NCBI GenBank assembly: GCA_002269645.1
Contig: NIVC01003418.1
Coordinates: forward strand, 9,758-73,757
Length of the DNA: 64,000 nt
From: Macrostomum lignano
Lineage: Eukaryota
Direction of reading: 5' to 3'
The notes beneath the pieces were generated by a model. That model did not search any database, was not told the origin of the DNA, and saw nothing but the letters and a program-made list of their open reading frames with translations. Shown in pieces: positions 49,510 to 61,482 of this stretch. The position numbers and the translations under genes were made by a program. How positions within the stretch are numbered: the stretch's first letter is position 1; every line of letters starts with the position of its first letter.

Positions 49510-49905
49510 GGCCTTACTGAGAACCAGGAACGCCTCATCGACGAGGAACTCTGTGATCCAACTAACATTGACGACATTTCTCTGTTGCGTGAGTTGACCT
49601 CTGAAGAACAAGATCTGCGACAGGCAGAGGAGGATAGCAAGCGAAAGTCTACCACCAAGCAGACGGAACAACATATTCAAAAGTTCTAAAAGTTTCTGAT
49701 GGAGGAGGGAATGCAAACCGACATTGACAGCATCAGATGCTGGTTCAAATTCTCTTTCGAACTGAAAATGATAGCCATTAGCAATCCAGTTGGCGAAGCA
49801 CCTAGATCGTTTGGCAACTGAAAGTTCGAAAACTGTAACTTCAACATCACCCCCAACAAGTTGGAGTGTCTGATCGAGCAGACTGAACTTTTGGCATTTT
49901 TGAGA
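49510..49905 (+). mobile_element. Probable Crypton (tyrosine recombinase / DUF3504-related) remnant
   Basis: One frame gives ...EEDSKRKSTTKQTEQHIQKF*KFLMEEGMQTDIDSI... and FGN*KFENCNFNIT. These resemble, from memory, the N- and C-terminal segments of Crypton/KCTD1-like proteins with the catalytic middle deleted. Confidence 0.5.
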
Positions 49906-50692
49906 AAATGATGCGTCCCCTACTTCACGTATACGTAAATAAGAGCTATATTTATTAGCTCACGTTTCGTTAGAATCTGTTATTCCGGAAATTGATTTTG
50001 CTGGTTTACTCGCCTTTTTCCAAAGAGAGGCATAAATATAAATAATATATGCCATTTGGTTTGGCCATAGACTTTGGCCGCGGGCAAACATCGTTGGCTT
50101 CACCCTCATTTCGGCCTGCCATAGTACCCGCCCCGCTTCAAAGCAAAACTCCTCCAGATAGCAGATTTCGGCTAGCAATTATGTGCAAACTTGAACAGCC
50201 TCAGCTTCCGCGTACCCTTACTGCTTGGAATGTTAAGCAAAGTTAGATTGCGATGGGGGCATTTCGGTGCTGCCAAGAATCAAGACGACGGTTGACCCCG
50301 CATCCATCGAGGTGGCCATGCCAGCAGTCCCCGCCCATTCTGCTGACCCTGGGCACGCACGCAGGTGCATATGCAGATGCAAGACTTGAAAAGAATACGC
50401 TATAAAAATAAACTGCCTAGCCCGATCGTTCTACAGCCTTTCTACACCACAGACACAGCAACACAGGGATGCAGTGCGACATCTATAGTCAAAAAGGTTC
50501 AGTAGATAAACCGTCACATACATGTACAGCAAATTTGACATAAATAGTGTGTTAAAAAGGCATTTTAATCCACTCTTTAGCATATAATTGCATCCAAGTG
50601 TTAAGAAACCTGCCAGATGCCAAGCTTTGATTAGTACAGGCGTACGGATTCGAGAACGAAGCCGCAATGGCTAGATCGACTTGAGCGTTGAA

Positions 50693-50879
50693 CCAATGAG
50701 AGCAGGGAGCGGAGCAGGCAGGTTTACAAGATCGGCTATTTAAGTTGCGCCCGACGCTGGCTGAATGCGCTTTAACTCGTTGAGGTCGCCAGAGTTGCGC
50801 CTTGAGCATTGGTAACGTTTGCCGGAGAGTAAAGGGAAAATTATCCTTAGAAACTATTTTCTAATTCGGAAAACCGCAG
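50693..50879 (+). promoter_or_regulatory. Putative promoter and 68-nt 5'-UTR intron of lectin H
   Basis: CCAAT at 50693, TATTTAA at 50737, GTAACG...GCAG at 50812-50879. Paralogous to the region upstream of G. Confidence 0.55.
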
Positions 50880-50912
50880 AAGAGCATCCGATCTAGAATT
50901 TGCGAAAAATCA

Positions 50913-51626
50913 ATGATGCAGCCATTGCTGCTGCTGCTGCTGCTGCAGTCGCAGGCCCTGCCGTGTCCCGCACCGTTCACCATGCAGGCCGGTCTGTGCC
51001 TGTTCGTGAGCACAGCTCACAGCCACAGCTGGTGCTCAGCCAATCGGCAGTGCGCATCGATCGGAGGCGAGCTCGTCAACTCGCACAGCTCCATCAAGAA
51101 GTTTCGCATGGGGAAAATCCCCAGTGCCATCTGCAGCTGCGACCTGTGGGTCGGACTGAGCGACCTGGCCGATGAGAGAAACCAGAACAGAGCCGGCTGG
51201 CGGAGGGTCAACGGAAACGGCATCTTCCCGGAGGACGGCAGCCTGTTTCACACTGGTGAGCCGAATGGTGGAGTTACCGACAACTGCCTCCGACTGCGCG
51301 CAGGCAAGACCCTGGCTGACTTCAACTGCAAATTGAGCTTCGGATTTGCCTGTGAGTTCGCGGACGATACCCGACCGCCGACTGCCGGCGTCTGGACGGC
51401 CGCTGCCTTCAAGCGCCAGAGCTTCAACTCCGAGTACTGCTTCACTGATGTGCCGAATGTGAGCAGCGATTTTGAGTGCGTTGCAGCCGCTATGATTGAC
51501 GCCAGCTGCAGACACGTGCTGTACAACAGCAAGCTGAGAGCCTGCCGCCTGCTGCTGTTCACCGACGCTCAGGTGGAGGCGGAGATCGAGACGAGCGCCG
51601 ACTGGGTCAAGTTCCGGCTTGAGTGA
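50913..51626 (+). CDS. Secreted C-type lectin + PAN protein (copy H), 237 aa
   Basis: Intact ORF; canonical mannose-type EPN loop (EPNGGVTDNC); PAN-like C-terminus. Confidence 0.87.
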   Translation: MMQPLLLLLLLQSQALPCPAPFTMQAGLCLFVSTAHSHSWCSANRQCASIGGELVNSHSSIKKFRMGKIPSAICSCDLWVGLSDLADERNQNRAGWRRVNGNGIFPEDGSLFHTGEPNGGVTDNCLRLRAGKTLADFNCKLSFGFACEFADDTRPPTAGVWTAAAFKRQSFNSEYCFTDVPNVSSDFECVAAAMIDASCRHVLYNSKLRACRLLLFTDAQVEAEIETSADWVKFRLE

Positions 51627-52334
51627 AGACAGAAGCCCAGGACCTTGAATTACCGACCCGAAGCCAAAGCCACTTGAGCAATGAGAGTTTCTCTCACCAA
51701 CTGAAAAAATCGAATTCAAAATACAATCGGATTAAAGCATAGCAAAAGAAATCGGATGGCGCTTCTTCTTTTCTCAGTTATAAAACGGATTCTAGAATTG
51801 AAAAAGGACATTGCAAGCACAGTCACGTTAAAGCAGTGAATCAGTGTATTTCTGATGGTTTTCAAAGGTCATTGTCGGTACAATAGTTCCGAGTTGTAGG
51901 CACAGGAAATCCGCAACATAAACTGAGATGCTCTCAACACTCTAGCTGCACAGTCACAAGCCTCGTTATAAAGTTTTCGAGTTGAGTGATAATGCCAAAA
52001 TCAATTAGTCATACCTGTAATTAATTAAAGTGCGCTACTGCTCAATTAAAGCATAAAAATTGACAAAGCGGCGAAATTAGCAGCTGATTAAAATGAAAAG
52101 GAGTTAAAAACGCATTAAGTAAGGCAGTAAGTTAAATAAAATCATTGAAGCGGCGAATTAAAAATCTACTTTAACTTACCAAAACAATAGACATACTACT
52201 GCTGCATGTTAGTAATAAATATATAGAGTAACAATATATCAGATTAGACAGTGATTACACGGCTGCAGAATCATGCAACAAGAAGCGTAAATACTTGGAT
52301 ATTTTTATTGTGCTCTGACAGTCATTGGTTAGAG

Positions 52335-53020
52335 AAGAAGGAGAAGGGGGAAGAAGGGGAGGGAGGAGGGGAGAGGGAAGAGGAGAGAGGAGAGAAAGAG
52401 GAAGGGAGAGAAGGGAGGGAGAGAGGGAGGGAGAAAGAGAGAGAAGGGAGAGGATTAAGAGAAGATTAAGGGAGAGGCTAGATATTTCGAGTTAGTTAAA
52501 GGAGAGAGGAGGGAGAGGTGAGAGAGGGAAAGGGAGAGGGAGAGAGGAGAGGGAGAAAGAGGGAGGGAGAGGGAGAGGGAGAGGGAGAGGGAAGAGGAGA
52601 GAGAGGGAGAGGGAGGGAGAGGGAGAGGGAGGGAGAGAAGGGAGGGAGAGGGAAGGGAGGGAGAGGGAGGGAGGGAGGGAAAGGGAGAGAGGGAGAGGGA
52701 GGGAGAGTAAGGGAGAGAGGGAGGGAAAGGGAGAGGGAGATAGGGAGAGAAAGAGAGAAAGAGGGAGGGAGAGGGAGAGGGAGAGGGAAAGGGAGAGGGA
52801 GAGAGGTAGAGGGAGAAAGAGGGAGGGAGAGGGAGAGGGAGAGGGAGAGGGAAGGGAGGGAGAGGGAAGGGAGGGAGAGGGAAGGGAGGGAGAGGAAGGG
52901 AGGGAGAGGGAAGGGAGGGAGAGGGAGAGGGAGGGAGAGGAAAGGGAGGGAGAGGGAGAGGGAGGGAGAGGGAAGGGAGGGAGAGGGAGGGAAAGGGAGG
53001 GCAGGGAAGGAACGGAGAAA
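52335..53020. repeat. Polypurine (GGGAGA-like) low-complexity tract
   Basis: Almost pure G/A on the + strand. Confidence 0.95.
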
Positions 53021-53194
53021 GGATGCGACAAGGTGGTCAAAAAACTGACTCAACATATTATTAATGAGAAATCTATTGACGTATCAAATTATAAAAGTAA
53101 GGTAAATTTTCTAATGAAAATTCCATAAATCTGAGCAAGCAGTTCATACTACTAATAGTAACGGTACTGATTGAGTCAAGTTCAACAACAAGCA

Positions 53195-56100
53195 TCACAC
53201 CATCATATGCGACGGACACTTGATTTCGGACAGTTCATGCGCCGTATACCTGGGCGATCTCATGTGACAGAACTCCAATAGATTATTAACGATGCCGCGA
53301 TCGAACGGATTGCGGAAATTGCCATTTAAATCTTTCAAGTAGGTGTAGCGCTTCTTGTTCATGCTCTCGTTTGTGGTCATGTTGATTGCGGCGTGGTACC
53401 ACTGAAGATTATTAGGCAGGAAAATAATTAAATCTAGCATTGTCCTACTTTAGCTACTTATATCTAGATACTAAGTAGTACAAATTTGCTTCAAGATTTA
53501 AGAAAAGTGCAAAAAGGTGCAGTGAATTTGTGCGTTTCTGCCAAGAATCGTAATACTGTGCTTAAATTATCTCTATGAAAAAACTCACATGGAAGTGAAA
53601 AAACAGGCAAATAGAATCACATTGAACAAGTATTAAAAAGGTAATTTGTACACTGCGGTTAGGAAGGCGACTGGCTGGGGCCAGTGTGTACACTGAGGTT
53701 AGGGAGGGTTATGGGCTGGGGCCAGTGTGTACACTGGGGTTAGGGAGGGGTTATGGGCTGGGGCCAGTGTGTACACTGAGGTTAGGGAGGGGTTATGGGC
53801 TGGGGCCAGTGTGTACACTGGGGTGAGGGAGGGGTTATGGCTGGGGCCAGTGTGTACACTGGGGTTAGGGAGGGGTTATGGGCTGGGGCCAGTGTGTACA
53901 CTGGGGTTAGGGAGGGGTTATGGCTGGGGCCAGTGTGTACACTGGGGTTAGGGAGGGGTTATGGGCTGGGGCCAGTGTGTACACTGGGGTTAGGGAGGGG
54001 TTATGGGCTGGGGCCAGTGTGTACACTGGGGTTAGGGAGGGGTTATGGGCTGGGGCCAGTGTGTACACTGGGGTTATGGAGGGGACTGGCTGGGGCCAGT
54101 GTGTACACTGGGGTTAGGGAGGGGTTATGGGCTGGGGCCAGTGTGTACACTGGGGTTAGGGAGGGGTTATGGCTGGGGCCAGTGTGTACACTGGGGTTAG
54201 GGAGGGGTTATGGGCTGGGGCCAGTGTGTACACTGGGGTTAGGGAGGGGTTATGGGCTGGGGCCAGTGTGTACACTGGGGTTAGGAAGGGGTTATGGCTG
54301 GGGCCAGTGTGTACACTGGGGTTAGGGAGGGGACTGGCTGGGGCCAGTGTGTACACTGGGGTTAGGGAGGGGACTGGCTGGGGCCAGTGTGTACACTGGG
54401 GTTAGGGAGGGGACTGGCTGGGGCCAGTGTGTACACTGGGGTTAGGGAGGGGTTATGGGCTGGGGCCAGTGTGTACACTGGGGTTAGGGAGGGGACTGGC
54501 TGGGGCCAGTGTGTACACTGGGGTTAGGGAGGGGTTATGGGCTGGGGCCAGTGTGTACACTGGGGTTAGGGAGGGGACTGGCTGGGGCCAGTGTGTACAC
54601 TGGGTTAGGGAGGGGACTGGCTGGGGCCAGTGTGTACACTGGGGTCAGGAAGGTGACTGGCTGGGGTTTTTATACTTGGATTATGGGGCTGTATAGAGGG
54701 CAGAAGAAACACGTAATAGAAGCAAGAAATCAATAATGCAAAAGAAGACGCAAGTCAAGGCGAGTACACGAATCTCTTACGCCAAAGGGATTCAATACTA
54801 ATAGCAGCGCACCAAAGGCCATCTGGAGCACTACGCCAATTAAATAGTGATAGCGCGCTGGGGAGCCTTCGACGCGCCACACAACATAAGTAATAAGCAG
54901 CGACAGAACTCCGGCCGCTGTTAGAAATGTTGTGAACAACAGAAAGCTGTGTCTGCGAGGCCAGCGTACCGGGTTGGTGGGGAGGCAGCAATGTAGGGGA
55001 TAGATGAATATGAAAACACTGCTACTTTGGCGTTGTGTAACATAAATTAATACTTTGCCGATAACATAACAAAGCATATTGAGACGCAGTAATGGGCAAT
55101 TGAGAGGGCAGAGCGATGAAGGGTAGTATTGATGAAGGGAAGTATAGATGAAGGGAAGTATAGATGAAGGGAAGTGGGGGATGAAGGGAAAGAGGGATGA
55201 AGGGAAGCGGGGGATGAAGGGAAGTGGGGGATGAAGGGAAGTGGAGATGAAGGGAAGGAGGGATGAAGGGAAGTAGGAGTGAAGGGATTATTTAAAGTGA
55301 AAGAGAGTTAGAAGTGAAGGATGTAACAGAAAAGGGAAATTCAGAACTTAAACAGCAATACGTACGAATACCAGATTAATTAAAAAAGTCAATTTAAGCT
55401 ATAAAATAGACATTTACAGAAAAACATTTGGCGTATCAACAAATGCAGTACAAAAAAGAAAAGCAAAACGTGCCAAAAATAGTTGTTATGTCAAATATGC
55501 CAAATGAGTATTTTCTAAACTCAAAATGCAGGTATGCGTACCCACTACCCCAATTAGTTAGAGGGGGGGGGTAAAAGTGCAGAATTTTTATCGAAATCTG
55601 GCAGAAACGCGCACAAATTAACGGCACTGCTTGAAACTTGAAGCAAGATTTTCAGCTGAATATTGCTAAAGCTGCAAATATTCCTTAATCCTAATTGAGA
55701 CTTCTACCTAATCAGTGGCTCTCGCTGAGCTCCCTTTGTCTCTTCAATGCTCCCTACTTCTCCCCTTCTCTCCTCGTCTCTCCCTTCTTCTCCCCTTCTC
55801 TCCCTGTCTCTTCCTTTTTCTCCCTGTCTCTCCCTTCTTCTCCCTGTCTCTCCCCTCCTCTCCCTTTATCTCCACTTCTCTCCCTTCTTCTCCCCTTCTC
55901 TCCCTTCTTCTCCCTTTCTATCCCTTCTTCTCCTCTTCTATCCCTTCTTCTCCCCTTCTCTCCCTTCTTCTCCCCTTCTATCCCTTCTTCCCCTTTCCCT
56001 CCCTTCTCCCTGTCTCTCCATTCCCTGTTTAGCTCCCTATCCACAGCCCACTCCTAACTGCAGCCCTCTCTCCCCCCTGAACAGGGCAGCCAGGCGGTCT

Positions 56101-59100
56101 CACCACACAGGAGGACACAACGGAGCCAACAGTCAGACCGAACGTGGCAATGACGGTGCCAAGCAGGACAATCCAGTCCATGCCGCCAAGCCAGAGAGTG
56201 GCTGCGGCCAGCACCATGGTCATGCCGCCCAGCGTCATCAGCGTGACAGATAATACGGCGAATGCAAATCTTTGAACAGAATAAGATTTATTAACGGCAA
56301 TGTGTTTCAGCTAGCGGCTTGCAGAGATTAAAAAAATTACGAGCATAGTTAAAAGAAAAAAGGATGAAAAGTTTTCCAAAAAAACCTAGCGTAACACAAC
56401 TTGCATAACACTATCTGATCATAACACACCTTGCATAACACTATCTGATCATAACACACCTTGCATAACACTATCTGATCATAACTCCCTTGCATAACAC
56501 TATCTGATCATAACACACCTTGCATAACACTATCTGATCATAACACACCTTGCATAACACTAACTGATGATAACACACCTTGCATAACACTATCTGATCA
56601 TAACTCCCTTGCATAACACTATCTGATCATAACACACCTTGCATAACACTATCTGATCATAACACACCTTGCATAACACTATCTGATCATAACACTTTGC
56701 ATAACACTAACTGATCATAACACCCTTGCATAACACTAACTGATAATAACACCCTTGCATAACACTATCTGATCATAACACTAACTGATCATAACATCTA
56801 GGAATAACACTAACTGAGCATTTAACATCTTACATAACACTACCTGATCATAACATCTTACATAACACTATCTGATCATAACATCTTGCATAACTCTATA
56901 TCATCATAACACCCCGCATAACAATATTTGATCATAACACCTTGGAATGACACTAACTAATCATAACACCCCGCACTGCAGCATACCTATTATTCTTGCC
57001 AATGCAGTTGTAGATGTACGGGCAGTGATGGTCCATCTCTAACACGCAGCGATCGCACACTCGGCAGTGCTTAGCTCGAACAGGTTTCACGCAGCGGCAG
57101 GTGTGGCACAGCCTCTCTAACGGGTTGCCCATCCGGCCCAAGCCGATATCGGCAGAGTTCACCCCGGCCTGCTGGATAGCCCTATCGTATTCTGGGACAT
57201 TCCTCGGCAAGAATCCCGGATCTGAGGTGTTGGCGTGATAGAAAGCGAACCACATCAACGCGTTGAGCAATAGGAAAGCCCAGTGCAGCCAGGGGAACAG
57301 GTGAAAGGTGAGCGGCACGGCTTTGATCACGTAGGTCGGATAGCCCCAAACCAGTATGCAGAACAGCAGGAACAGCATGGGAGCTTTGCTGTTGCCGGGC
57401 GGCCCGAATATCAGGTGACTCCAGCGGAAACGGGCGCCGAGCATGGAGGCTCGGGATCGAATCTCCGCCTTGAGGAAGCGCTCAACCTGATCGTGCCTGC
57501 GGCCGGCTGCCAGCATCAGCGGCGTCTTGCCGTTCTTGTCCGCCACGTTCAGCTCAACCTGCGGGGCAGCATGGGGACGGGCTGGGGATTGAGTCACCCT
57601 CCACCTCAGGTGTCAACACCCATCAACCTCAGGTGTCAACACCCATCCACCTCAGGTGTCAACACCCATCCACCTCAGGTGTCAACACCCATCCACCTCA
57701 GGTATCAACACCCATCCACCTCAGATGTCAACACCCATCCACCTCAGGTGTCAACACCCATCCACCTCAGGTGTCAACACCCTCCACCTCAGGTGTCAAC
57801 ACCCATCCACCTCAGGTGTCAACACCCATCCACCTCAGGTGTCAACACCCATCCACCTCAGGTGTCAACACCCATCCACCTCAGGTGTCAACACCCATCC
57901 ACCTCAGGTGTCAACACCCTCCACCTCAGGTGTCAACACCCATCCACCTCAGGTGTCAACACCCATCCACCTCAGGTGTCAACACCCATCCACCTCAGGA
58001 GTCACACCCAATCCACCTCAGGAGTCACACCCAATCCACCTCAGGAGTCACACCCAATCCACCTCAGGAGTCACACCCAATCCACCTCAGGTGTCAACAC
58101 CCTCCACCTCAGATGTCAACACCCATCCACCTCAGGTGTCAACACCCATCGACCTCAGGTGTCACACCCTATCCACCTCAGGAGTCACACCCAATCCACC
58201 TCAGGAGTCACACCTAATCCACCTCAGGAGTCACACCCAATCCACCTCAGGAGTCACACCCAATCCACCTCAGGAGTCACACCCAATCCACCTCAGGAGT
58301 CACACCCAATCCACCTCAGGAGTCACACCCAATCCACCTCAGGAGTCACACCCAATCCACCTCAGGAGTCACACCCAATCCACCTCAGGAGTCACACCCA
58401 ATCCACCTCAGGAGTCACACCCAATCCACCTCAGGAGTCACACCCAATCCACCTCAGGAGTCACACCCAATCCACCTCAGGAGTCACACCTAATCCACCT
58501 CAGAAGTCACACCCAATCCACCTCAGGAGTCACACACCCTCTACCTCAGGAGTCACACCCAATCCACCTCAGGAGTCATGAAAGTGAAATTCGCAGTGAG
58601 TGTTGGTTGAAAGCATGCGGGAGGATCGACAGTCCATGCTGACCTTGTCCACCCGGCACAGGTCCCTGACAGCGTTAATGTTTCCAGCAATGCTGGCCAA
58701 GTGCAGCGGCGTCTGGCCGAAGGCGTCCCTCTGGTGCGGGTTGAAGCCGGAGTACACCAGCAGGCGCATGAGGTCCGGCTGGCCTTTGAACGCGGCCCAG
58801 TGCAACGGCGTGTCGCCTTCGTTGTCGCCGGCGCTGGTTCGATTCGCCCCCCTGCTGAGCAGGTAGCCGGCTGTCACAGTCTGGCCGTATTGGCAGGCGA
58901 TGATCAGCGGCGTGGCGCCTTTGGCATCGCGAACGTCGATATCAACCGAGCAGCGGTCGAGCAGGAATTCAACAACTGGCACGTGACCGTTCACGCAGGC
59001 CCAGTGAATCGGGTACTGCGCCAGTTCGTGACTGCTAGCACGATGGCAAAGGTTAATGACGCCTTTGCTATTGGAGCTGACCTCCGCTAGGTAGGCGACA

Positions 59101-59489
59101 ACATCCAGGTGACCGTGTAGGCAGGCCCAGTGAGCCACCGTGTGGCCGGACGAGTCCCTGACTGCCAGACCTTCGATGCCGTCAACTGCAGCCGAGCGCA
59201 GGAACTGCATGTCGTCATTTCTCGCCGCGTCGAATATTGTCTTTGGCGGCGGCGGCGGCGGCAGCGGCAGCAGGGGCTGCTGACTGTGGGAGTTGCCGGC
59301 TGTGGAAGGGCAGGCTCCATTGGGGCCGTGGCTGTGCCCGTGCTGGCTGGCCGCCTGGTCAACCTGACTATCGGCAACTCCAGGCGGATGAAAGAATTTC
59401 TCCTGCCTCCAATTCCGATCCCGAAGGCCCATCTCGTTGGCTGCAGTTTTGTACACTTCGTAGAATGAGTCCATGATGGCGCCGGCCAT
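53195..59489 (-). CDS. ZDHHC17: Ankyrin-repeat DHHC palmitoyltransferase (ZDHHC13/17, HIP14-like), about 596-598 aa
   Basis: Exons 59489-58644 (ankyrin repeats), 57558-56987 (TMs, DPG, CHTC...HCRVCDRCVLEMDHHCPYIYNCIG), then 56269-56104 or 54952-54781 (two TM helices), and 53401-53195 (TTNE motif, NPFDRG). All GT-AG with consistent phases. Start codon uncertain. Confidence 0.92.
53650..54650. repeat. 41-42 bp G-rich intronic minisatellite
   Basis: Unit TACACTGGGGTTAGGGAGGGGTTATGGGCTGGGGCCAGTGTG. Confidence 0.95.
55120..56025. repeat. Intronic GA-rich (55120-55290) and CT-rich (55745-56025) low-complexity repeats
   Basis: GATGAAGGGAAG units and TCTCCCTTCT units. Confidence 0.85.
56395..56970. 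repeat. About 29-30 bp intronic minisatellite
   Basis: Unit CTTGCATAACACTATCTGATCATAACACAC. Confidence 0.93.
57595..58578. repeat. 23-bp intronic minisatellite with two subtypes
   Basis: CACCTCAGGTGTCAACACCCATC in the left half and CACCTCAGGAGTCACACCCAATC in the right half. Confidence 0.95.
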
Positions 59490-59649
59490 GACTGATGAGC
59501 GAGTGGGTGCTGATGCTGCCCTTGCTGCAGCTGCGGGCATCGGGAATGAACTGTGCTATGTACGTTCAGGAATCTAGTGAGATCCTGCACTAGTATGAAT
59601 ATGCGTGAACCCTATTTTGTAGCTTGGTCTCAAGCATAAATTCAAGAGC

Positions 59650-60885
59650 TTGGATCCCATTCTCCCATCCACTCTATAATCCCATTCTCCTATCCACTTT
59701 GATCCCATTCTGCAATATACTTTGTGATCCCATTCTCCCATCTAATTTGTGATCCCGTTCTCCCACTGATCCCATTCCCCCATCCACTTTGTGATCCCAT
59801 TATCCCATCTAATTTGTGATCCCATTCTCCTATCTAATTTGTGATCCCATTCTCCCATCTAATTTGTGATCCCATTTCCCCATCTAATTTGTGATCCCAT
59901 TGTCCCACCCACTCTATAATCTCATTCTCCCATCCACTTTGTGATCCCATTCTCCCATCTAATTTGTGATCCCGTTCTCCCACTGATCCCATTCCCCCAT
60001 CCACTTTGTGATCCCATTATCCCATCTAATTTGTGATCCCATTCTCCCATCTAATTTGTGATCCCATTCTCCCATCTAATTTGTGATCCCATTTCCCCAT
60101 CTAATTTGTGATCCCATTGTCCCACCCACTCTATAATCTCATTCTCCCATCCACTTTGTGATCCCATTCTCCCATCTAATTTGTGATCCCGTTCTCCCAC
60201 TGATCCCATTCCCCCATCCACTTTGTGATCCCATTCTCCTATCTAATTTGTGATCCCATTGTCCCATCCACTCTATAATCCCATTCCCCATCCACTTTGT
60301 GATCCCATTCTCCCATCTAATTTGTGATCCCATTCTCCCATCTAATTTGTGATCCCATTCTCCCATCTAATTTGTGATCCCATTCTCCCATCTAATTTGT
60401 GATCCCTTTCTCCCATCTAATTTGTGATCCCGTTCTTCCATCTAATTTGTGATCCCATTCTCCTATCTACTTTGTGATCCCATTCTCCCATCCACTCTAT
60501 AATCCCATTCTCCTATCCACTTTGATCCCATTCTGCAATCTACTTTGTGATCCCACTCTCCCATCTACTCTATAATCCCATTCTCCCATCTACTTTGTGA
60601 TCCCATTCTCCCATCCACTCTATAATCCCATTCTCCCATCTACTTTGTGATCCCATTCTCCCATCCACTCTATAATCCCATTCTCCCATCTACTTTGTGA
60701 TCCCATTCTCCCATCCACTCTATAATCCCATTCTCCCATCTACTTTGTGATCCCATTCTCCCATCCACTCTATAATCCCATTCTCCCATCTACTTTGTGA
60801 TCCCATTCTCCCATCCACTCTATAATCCCATTCTCCCATCTACTTTGAGATCTAATTCTAACATCTACTTTGTGATCCCATTCTG
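59650..60885. repeat. About 26-bp minisatellite between the two last genes
   Basis: Unit TGATCCCATTCTCCCATCTAATTTG and variants. Confidence 0.93.
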
Positions 60886-61482
60886 TATTTAAACATAGCT
60901 ATAACATCCTCTTATACTACTTACACTACAAATTAGCAGTAGTATAAATATAGACAAGCAATGAAGCAGACGATATTTACAGAAAAAACATTAAATAAAT
61001 TTGTGTATTTGACTTAAAAAAAGCATAATTCAAAACACAATACGGAGTTTAACTTGCAGACACAAATTCATTTAAATCGCATAGTTCAATAAAAATAGCA
61101 ACTCACTAATGCACTCACAAGTGACTAGAAAAAGGAACTGCTGATTGCATGTTTCGGAATGAATTCAAAGGCTGGATTAGGAATATAGATATGGTAGATA
61201 GAAAAACTATAAAACAGCAGTAGGGAGACAATCGAAAACTACTCATAACCAGTAGTTAAGTAAGTAAAAAGCGAGATTTTCTTTTTTTTTTCAAAAACTT
61301 TTTGATATGATAAAAGGTATTTACCATGCTATAGACAGCCGTATTTACAGATACTTGGATGGATTGTCTTGTTGATTAAGGGCTAAAATAAAATAAAATA
61401 AAATAAAACTGTGCTTTATAAAGTTGATTGTCAAAAATGTATAATTTAACTAAAATATGCAAATAAGACTACTAGCGTTAAT

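Noticed and set aside
57283-58642. Long + strand HPPQVSTP / THPPQES ORFs
   Set aside because: Antisense translation of a 23-bp array lying within a well-defined ZDHHC intron.
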